IMG/VR virus record: IMGVR_UViG_3300050821_013430
Span: 408,750-472,749 of that record
DNA: 64,000 bases
Strand: one strand, 5' to 3'
Part shown: in pieces, positions 58,167 to 64,000 of the stretch
Numbering within the stretch: the first letter of the stretch is position 1
Layout: every line of letters begins with the position of its first letter
Program-made: the position numbers and the translations under genes
The notes under the pieces: model-generated
Told to the model about the DNA's origin: nothing
The model's database searches: none
Seen by the model: only the letters and a program-made list of their open reading frames with translations

Positions 58167-58718
58167 TTACTTGGCTAATGAAAGGACGCTATTGATCAAT
58201 GAACAACGCTCCTGCATACTGTCAGTATTAATCTGGAAGTATTTTAGCCCGTGTAACTCTAATAGACACTTGATAATAGCATCGATCTGCAAAACACCCT
58301 CGTAAGTAGGCGTCTCTCGAACCCCATCTTCTTTGAGAGTGGCCTTAGAAGGACGGACAAAGAAAAGTCGAACATCTGACTGTTTCAGCGTTTCGATATA
58401 CGGTTTGAGTAAAGGCGACTGCATCGTCTGGTAGAAGTTGCTCGAATGTTGCGCAATATAGGCAAGCGCATCGATAGCACTACGATCAGAAACGAATGCT
58501 TCTAACCTCTTCTCTTCGGCGATCTGACGAGTGAAAACTTCCTGTTGATAACTATCTACAATGCCTAGATCAGCTCGAAGAGTATCGATGTTGAGCTCTC
58601 GTTCGGACAAGACCTGCCTTGCAACTTCCGGGAGTAAAGGCAATTCGTATCGCAAAGATACATAGCGAGCAAGGGTCGTCTTGCCGCAACTATGCCCGGC
58701 GCAGAAATAAACACGCAC
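58167..58718 (-). CDS. AAA_28 / NadR-type P-loop kinase
   Basis: AGHSCGKTT, PEVAR, SDRSAID..AY. Confidence 0.8.
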   Translation of the reverse strand: MRVYFCAGHSCGKTTLARYVSLRYELPLLPEVARQVLSERELNIDTLRADLGIVDSYQQEVFTRQIAEEKRLEAFVSDRSAIDALAYIAQHSSNFYQTMQSPLLKPYIETLKQSDVRLFFVRPSKATLKEDGVRETPTYEGVLQIDAIIKCLLELHGLKYFQINTDSMQERCSLINSVLSLAK

Positions 58719-58903
58719 TACGAAACCTGAATATCAGCAATCAACTGCTTGAATTCGTCAGTAGTAATTTCTACCGCATTGATTACTCTCTTCAATGCGT
58801 TGGACTGATCCTTGGCGTGAATAATGAGAACAATTTTATTGCTCTCGGTAGAGGATTTTTTAATTTCGATGTAGGATTTATCTTCAAAAATTAATTTTGA
58901 CAT
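58718..58903 (-). CDS. hypothetical protein
   Basis: Coupled ORF. Confidence 0.55.
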   Translation of the reverse strand: MSKLIFEDKSYIEIKKSSTESNKIVLIIHAKDQSNALKRVINAVEITTDEFKQLIADIQVS

Positions 58904-58904
58904 A

Positions 58905-60029
58905 TTATTTTTCCTTGCATATTTCTGGCATTACAACATTTATAATATAATCTTCTAATTTTAAATTAGTATATTTTCTACCATCGATCCATATTATTCT
59001 AATATTATTAGAAAGGCAAAAATTATTTAAATAAATATCGCGCTCTTGTTGTTTTTCAAAATTGGAATTGGCGATTTCCAAATTTAATCCACCAAAACAA
59101 ATGGGCTTATAATGCTGGGCGCCGTTATATTCTATAATAGTGTTTGTTTCTACAAAATAAAAATCAACAAAAATTCTTCGTTTCTCGCCATTAATAATTT
59201 TATCAATACGCTTATGTCTTTCAAAACTCACGTTGTTATTTTCAAACACGGTACCAATTAATTTTTCATTTTTACCTAAACTACAAACTGGGCAACCAGA
59301 TTCGTTATCTATAATGCTATTAGGGGTGGATGCCCAGATACGATTACAATTTAAACACTGAAAATCAATTTTGGTTAACTTATTTATGTAATTACCTATT
59401 CTTTTAACGCTTCTGTATTGTAGTTTTTGATCCACTATATCATTAGTAAATTTCAATTTTCCTGCGCACTTGGGGCACCCCCTTTTCCCATTCACTATAT
59501 TATCTGGCGACGCTGACCAAATAAATCTGCAATCTTCAACTAAACATTGAAATTTAATATTTGTTTTTGCTGTTAAATAATTTTCTAATCTTTTTATATT
59601 TCTACTTTCTAACCGATCATCAATAATTTCATTTGATAGTTTTTCATGTCCTGCACATTTAGGACAACCAGATTTTTGACTAAAAATCTTATTAGGAGTA
59701 GCGACCCAAACATTACCACAATTTTCTACTAAGCATTGAAAAGTAATCTTTATAGTGGCAGTGATATAATCACCTATTCTTTTAATTTTTCTATTATTTA
59801 ATTTTTGATCTATATCTTCATTGGAAAGTCTCAGTACACCGGCACATTTTGGACATCCTTTGCCGCTAAATATATTAGCCGGTCGTGCCAGCCAAATGTA
59901 GCCGCATTCTTCTCTCAAACATTGAAACTTTATTGCAATATTACTATAAGAATAGTTATCTATTCTTTCAATTGGAATGTTTCTATCTAATAATCTTTTA
60001 TCTACAATCTCATTTGTAAGTTTAGTCAC
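58905..60029 (-). CDS. Zn-ribbon repeat + PD-(D/E)XK/Vsr-like putative homing endonuclease
   Basis: Four FQC...W.A.P..I....GCP.C repeats; VDFY...IIEYNGAQHY...D; strongly AT-rich. Confidence 0.8.
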   Translation of the reverse strand: MTKLTNEIVDKRLLDRNIPIERIDNYSYSNIAIKFQCLREECGYIWLARPANIFSGKGCPKCAGVLRLSNEDIDQKLNNRKIKRIGDYITATIKITFQCLVENCGNVWVATPNKIFSQKSGCPKCAGHEKLSNEIIDDRLESRNIKRLENYLTAKTNIKFQCLVEDCRFIWSASPDNIVNGKRGCPKCAGKLKFTNDIVDQKLQYRSVKRIGNYINKLTKIDFQCLNCNRIWASTPNSIIDNESGCPVCSLGKNEKLIGTVFENNNVSFERHKRIDKIINGEKRRIFVDFYFVETNTIIEYNGAQHYKPICFGGLNLEIANSNFEKQQERDIYLNNFCLSNNIRIIWIDGRKYTNLKLEDYIINVVMPEICKEK

Positions 60030-60208
60030 TATTTTACCACTCGCATTGAAACAATCTCCCTGCCCTTTTGATCTACCATCACCGCCGAGATATAGTCTAA
60101 ATCCTTAGTCGATTTGAGGAGTGATTTGAACGCCTCGTCCCAAGAGGTATAGTTTTGAGATGAGAGCCAACCTGTCTTAGCGCCGCGAATCTGAATAGAA
60201 TAGAGCAT
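60029..60208 (-). CDS. 59-aa hypothetical protein
   Basis: Hand translation MLYSIQIRGAKTGW...; overlaps the map stop and the next start by 1 nt. Confidence 0.55.
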   Translation of the reverse strand: MLYSIQIRGAKTGWLSSQNYTSWDEAFKSLLKSTKDLDYISAVMVDQKGREIVSMRVVK

Positions 60209-61014
60209 TATGATCTCGCAGTAATAATTTCTACACGATCAGGATGTAAGAAGAGAGTGTGCTCAAAGTGAGCGCTCAACGATTCGCAATTGACTGTCCA
60301 GCCATCTTCGGCTACCCAGGTAGTAGTGCCACCCAAAGTCAATTGTGGTTCAATTGCAATTGATAGGCCGGACTGCATTACAACGCCTTCATTTGGACTC
60401 GCCTTATTGCAAACAAAAGGGGCTGCGTGGGGAGTGTTCTCCATTATTCCGTGACCCCCATAATTAGTAATAATGCCGTACCCTTTTCCCTGAGCAAACT
60501 TAGAAATAGCGTTTCCAATTACTCCAATTCGTTTTCCTACTGCAACTGCCGCGATAGCACGATCCAGAGACTCTTTGCAGTCATCCACTAATTGTTGGTG
60601 ACGTTTTTCCTTAGGCTCACCAAAGATACAAGTAACGGCTGCATCACCGATCGCACCCTCGAATGTTGCTCCGAGATCAAAACTCACTAAGTCTCCATCT
60701 TGCAGTTTATAGTCGGTGGCTACGCCGTGCACGAGTTGTTTATTCACTGAGATACATACTGAATTTGGAAATGGCTTGCTTCCGTTGCCCTGGTAGTTCT
60801 TGAACGTGGGTGTACAGTCATTTTGCAGAATAAACTCTTCGGCAATTTGATCCAATTCTAGGAGTGATTTGGCGGTCTTTTCCTTGACCAATGTTTCCAA
60901 TAGCCCTAACGTCTTAGCCACCACTTGTCCGGCCTTGCGCTGCCTATCTAACCAGTTTTGGTCGTGTAGTCTAACTAGACTTCCATTTTGTTGTGATTGA
61001 ATTTGTCCTCTCAT
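60208..61014 (-). CDS. map: methionine aminopeptidase type I
   Basis: CISVN...VHG, DLG......D, GHGI...PH, AIEP, SAHFEHT. Confidence 0.95.
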   Translation of the reverse strand: MRGQIQSQQNGSLVRLHDQNWLDRQRKAGQVVAKTLGLLETLVKEKTAKSLLELDQIAEEFILQNDCTPTFKNYQGNGSKPFPNSVCISVNKQLVHGVATDYKLQDGDLVSFDLGATFEGAIGDAAVTCIFGEPKEKRHQQLVDDCKESLDRAIAAVAVGKRIGVIGNAISKFAQGKGYGIITNYGGHGIMENTPHAAPFVCNKASPNEGVVMQSGLSIAIEPQLTLGGTTTWVAEDGWTVNCESLSAHFEHTLFLHPDRVEIITARS

Positions 61015-61292
61015 TTTATCTTGATTCCTGACTTGATATTGGTAATGGCCGCAACATCTTGAATTGCCTTGGCCCGATCCTCAAACTTGATGAATTGCTT
61101 GAACTCATCCCCCATCAATTGTTCTTGAATCATCTTGTCCAATAAGATAATCATCGCGTTGTACTCTGCCACTACTTTCTTACTCAGAGAATAATTATTG
61201 ATGGCACCACCGAGATAGTTACGAATTTCGATCAATTGAGTAATTGCTGCTAATTTACTTAGTTCCATTATCATCTCCTGGGGCTTCGACAT
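61011..61292 (-). CDS. hypothetical protein (start uncertain)
   Basis: ORF in operon. Confidence 0.55.
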   Translation of the reverse strand: MSKPQEMIMELSKLAAITQLIEIRNYLGGAINNYSLSKKVVAEYNAMIILLDKMIQEQLMGDEFKQFIKFEDRAKAIQDVAAITNIKSGIKIK

Positions 61293-61521
61293 AATTTCTC
61301 ATGATCTGTCCCTGTTCATTGAGTCCATCTGTATCTGCTAAGCCATACTTACGATACAGTTGTAAAACCTGGTAGCGAAATCCTAATTCAGCCAATTCGG
61401 ATTTGGCAAGTGCCAGTTCGGCATTAGTACTGGCTAATTTGCGGTTCATCTTGGCTAATTCTAAGGATAACCGTTCTGATTCGCTAATTACTTCAATAGT
61501 CTTTTCTATTGTGTCTGTCAT
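61255..61521 (-). CDS. coiled-coil hypothetical protein
   Basis: AAGGAG SD. Confidence 0.65.
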   Translation of the reverse strand: MTDTIEKTIEVISESERLSLELAKMNRKLASTNAELALAKSELAELGFRYQVLQLYRKYGLADTDGLNEQGQIMRNYVEAPGDDNGTK

Positions 61522-61564
61522 AGATAACTCCTTGCTGCCTATCTATAACCGACACTCTCAAAGT

Positions 61565-62854
61565 TTAGAGCAAATCAGCAGCCGCAGTGGCCAATTTGCT
61601 GCGCTCACCCTTAGTTAGAATAATATGTCCAGCCAATTCTGAGTTCTTAAACTTTTCAATAACATATACCAACCCATTGCTGGTGGCATCCAGATCATTA
61701 CGGTCGAGCTGTTCAATATCGCCAGTTAAAATAATTTTGCTGCCCTCTCCGGCACGGGTAAGGATGGTTTTGATTTCTTGCTTGTCCAAGTTTTGAGCCT
61801 CGTCAATCAAAATCAATGCATTAGGAATTGATCTGCCACGAATATAGGTAAGAGCTTCGAGTTGAATTTTTCCCTTCTTGGCATACATATCATAATTGGA
61901 CTGCCATCTATCACCATTTCTCATGGTAAAAAGTGTCTCAAAATTGTCCATAATGGCGGAGAACCAGGGGATCAGTTTTTCTTCAATCGTTCCGGGAACA
62001 TAGCCAATATCATTTCCCATCGGTTGAATAGGACGGTAAATGATCAGTTTTTGATAGATATTTTGGTTGATTACCAAGTCTAGAGCGGTGGCCAATGATA
62101 TTAAGGTTTTACCCCCTCCCGCCTTGCCAACCAGAGTTACTAATGGAACAGAGGGATCAGAAATCAAATCGGCAGCCAATATTTGTTCTTGATTACGAGG
62201 ATTCAATTTCCAAGGATAATATTTTTTGACCAGTTTGATTTTGTCGAAGGACATTTTGCGACCAGCACAAATCACTTTACCATCTTCATCTTTGAAAAGG
62301 ATGCACTGATTTGGAAAAACTTCTCCTTCCAGATCGGTAGGATCAAGATATCCAACACTCAACAATTCATTACCCAAATTGGTATCTTGAATTTCTTGCA
62401 TCCCGGAATACAAATCAGTAATTGATCTATTTTTCTCCTCTAAACTATCTGTTTCTATACCTAACGATTTGGCTCTAACTCGTAAGGATACATCATTGGA
62501 TACAAGTACTACTTCATTTATAGGATTTTGACTTAGACCATAAGCACAAGAAAGAATAAGATTGTCCCCATAAAGAGGATTAGAGCCCTTCAATGGATAG
62601 TCATTAGTATCCACGGACACCAGGGCATTTTTTTCAGTTAGTACACCAACGCTGATGTCTCCGGTTTCGGATAATTTATCCAACATTCTAATGGTTACAC
62701 GAGCATTTTTACCGACTTCGCCGGGCTGTTTCTTCAATTTGTCGAGTTCATCTAATACTGCAACATAAATAACAACTGAGCAGTCCGAATAATTTTCTAT
62801 GGAAAGTGGGTCAAATATAAGAACCGAGGTGTCTAAAACATAAACTCGTGTCAT
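61565..62854 (-). CDS. phoH: PIN-PhoH family protein
   Basis: PIN VLDTSV..ELD..D; GKAGGGKT, YIRGRSI, DEAQN, GD.EQ.D. Confidence 0.92.
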   Translation of the reverse strand: MTRVYVLDTSVLIFDPLSIENYSDCSVVIYVAVLDELDKLKKQPGEVGKNARVTIRMLDKLSETGDISVGVLTEKNALVSVDTNDYPLKGSNPLYGDNLILSCAYGLSQNPINEVVLVSNDVSLRVRAKSLGIETDSLEEKNRSITDLYSGMQEIQDTNLGNELLSVGYLDPTDLEGEVFPNQCILFKDEDGKVICAGRKMSFDKIKLVKKYYPWKLNPRNQEQILAADLISDPSVPLVTLVGKAGGGKTLISLATALDLVINQNIYQKLIIYRPIQPMGNDIGYVPGTIEEKLIPWFSAIMDNFETLFTMRNGDRWQSNYDMYAKKGKIQLEALTYIRGRSIPNALILIDEAQNLDKQEIKTILTRAGEGSKIILTGDIEQLDRNDLDATSNGLVYVIEKFKNSELAGHIILTKGERSKLATAAADLL

Positions 62855-63225
62855 TCGTTGTTGATTTCCTCAAATATTGTCCAATTTTTTACATGCATCT
62901 CCAAAAATAATTTGCGGGTGGGATCTAATTCTGATAAATCTTGTCGTAAGACATATTTTGGTTTTTCCCAAACAGCCACTAAATCTTTATCAGCATAAAT
63001 TTTGATCTCTCCGTCAGTATTGTCAATGACTTGCACACCATATTTGGATAATAGTCCACGCAATTTGATTTTACTATCGACAGTTAGATTGCCATCTTCA
63101 TCCCAAATATCTTCCAATGGTAATCCCATTGTTTCTAATATGAGGCGAACAAAACGAGTTTTCTCCTCGTCTTCTACTTGACGAGTGTTTTCATTTGAAT
63201 TTAGAAGTATAGTCGCTTCCATCAC
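62851..63225 (-). CDS. hypothetical protein
   Basis: ORF preceded by ATAATTCCGTAT. Confidence 0.65.
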   Translation of the reverse strand: MMEATILLNSNENTRQVEDEEKTRFVRLILETMGLPLEDIWDEDGNLTVDSKIKLRGLLSKYGVQVIDNTDGEIKIYADKDLVAVWEKPKYVLRQDLSELDPTRKLFLEMHVKNWTIFEEINNE

Positions 63226-63244
63226 TAATTAGTAATATACGGAA

Positions 63245-64000
63245 TTATTGACAACGGCTATAACCACAGGCAGTACAAAGCAAACAGCCCTCTTGATACA
63301 CAATCGAACCTTCTTTTTGGCAGGAAGAGCAAATTCTATCTGAGGCTTGAGTACCATCCTTGATATAGGATTTGAGAACACGGGCAATTACTTTTGAGAA
63401 AGAAGTCATATCACTATGTTTATCTTTTTGTAATTGTTCTACAATGTATTGAACTGGGGTGCCGTGGCGAAGAGCAAGAGAAATGGTTCGAGTTAGAGTC
63501 CCGAAATTGGGATTCTCGAAAACGCTTACAATATCTTTGATGATCATTTGATCATCAGCCTCTCCAACTACCAAATTATAGGTAGCAACGCCATTTACTT
63601 TTCCATTCTTGACAATTTTACCGTTCTTGTATTTATTGGGGATATCTACATACTTAGAAAGACCGCCGAACACTTCGTAAGGCTTATTGCCTAACATTCC
63701 TACAAAGATAGTCCAAGCCTCTCCTTGTACTTTGACTTTCTTGATCTCACAGAGTAGTTCTAGGAGTCGTTTGGGGGCGTGGGCTTGTTGAATTTCAACG
63801 GGTCGATCGCCCTCCTTGGGAGGAGTGTTACTAATAAGCACACCATCCTTACTTCCTTCTACATAGACGGTAACGCCTTTCAGACCTTGCTTCCAAGCGT
63901 TGATGTAGATGTTGCCAACCACATCAGAAGTGGTACCTCGTGGTAAATTGATGGTAGAACTAATTGAGTGATCAATATATTGTTGTTCGGTGCTTTGAAT
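63245..64000 (-). CDS. nrdJ: ribonucleotide reductase C-terminus, probably class II (NrdJ) with TSCPD-like tail; 5' truncated
   Basis: QQYIDHSISSTINLP, GLKGVTVY..GS, R.ISLALRHG, CxxC...EGC..C..CGYS.C. Confidence 0.85.
   Translation of the reverse strand: MQSTEQQYIDHSISSTINLPRGTTSDVVGNIYINAWKQGLKGVTVYVEGSKDGVLISNTPPKEGDRPVEIQQAHAPKRLLELLCEIKKVKVQGEAWTIFVGMLGNKPYEVFGGLSKYVDIPNKYKNGKIVKNGKVNGVATYNLVVGEADDQMIIKDIVSVFENPNFGTLTRTISLALRHGTPVQYIVEQLQKDKHSDMTSFSKVIARVLKSYIKDGTQASDRICSSCQKEGSIVYQEGCLLCTACGYSRCQ

Noticed and set aside
16250-64000. Stop-codon reassignment
   Set aside because: Conserved genes are full length in the standard code and end in TAA, TAG or TGA.

Overview
Segment of a large (jumbo-type) dsDNA bacteriophage genome in the standard genetic code, in four parts. 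(1) 1-14.1 kb: a GC-rich, leftward (minus-strand) array of about 40 small, mostly unknown early-type genes with strong Shine-Dalgarno sites. It includes an AAA_33 kinase, a cREC receiver domain, tRNA-Glu, an orphan HigA, a matrixin lipoprotein and an oppositely oriented HTH-LAGLIDADG gene. Most long intergenic gaps fold into extensive RNA stems. (2) 14.14-15.75 kb: a non-coding control region with a ~560-nt structured leader, many sigma54 (-24/-12)-like boxes (five of them in fixed-length 34-bp inverted pairs), a second repeated motif, G-quadruplex motifs and a G/C skew flip. (3) 15.75-35.7 kb and 58-64 kb: lower-GC genes for proteases, an IS1341-like TnpB element, nucleotide metabolism (dut, HD hydrolase, IMPDH/GMPR, thyA, folA, class II RNR), IF-1, MetAP, SET, two DEDDh exonucleases, PIN-PhoH and an AT-rich Zn-ribbon endonuclease. 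(4) 35.8-58.1 kb: a tail fibre/tailspike/collagen cluster. A short ATA-N5-GCAT motif precedes about ten presumed late genes. The best candidate for a new system is the sigma54-box dyad array next to the structured-RNA early transcript. A GC-rich, sigma54-reliant host such as a myxobacterium is inference only. All calls come from reading motifs by eye; no database search or folding program was run.
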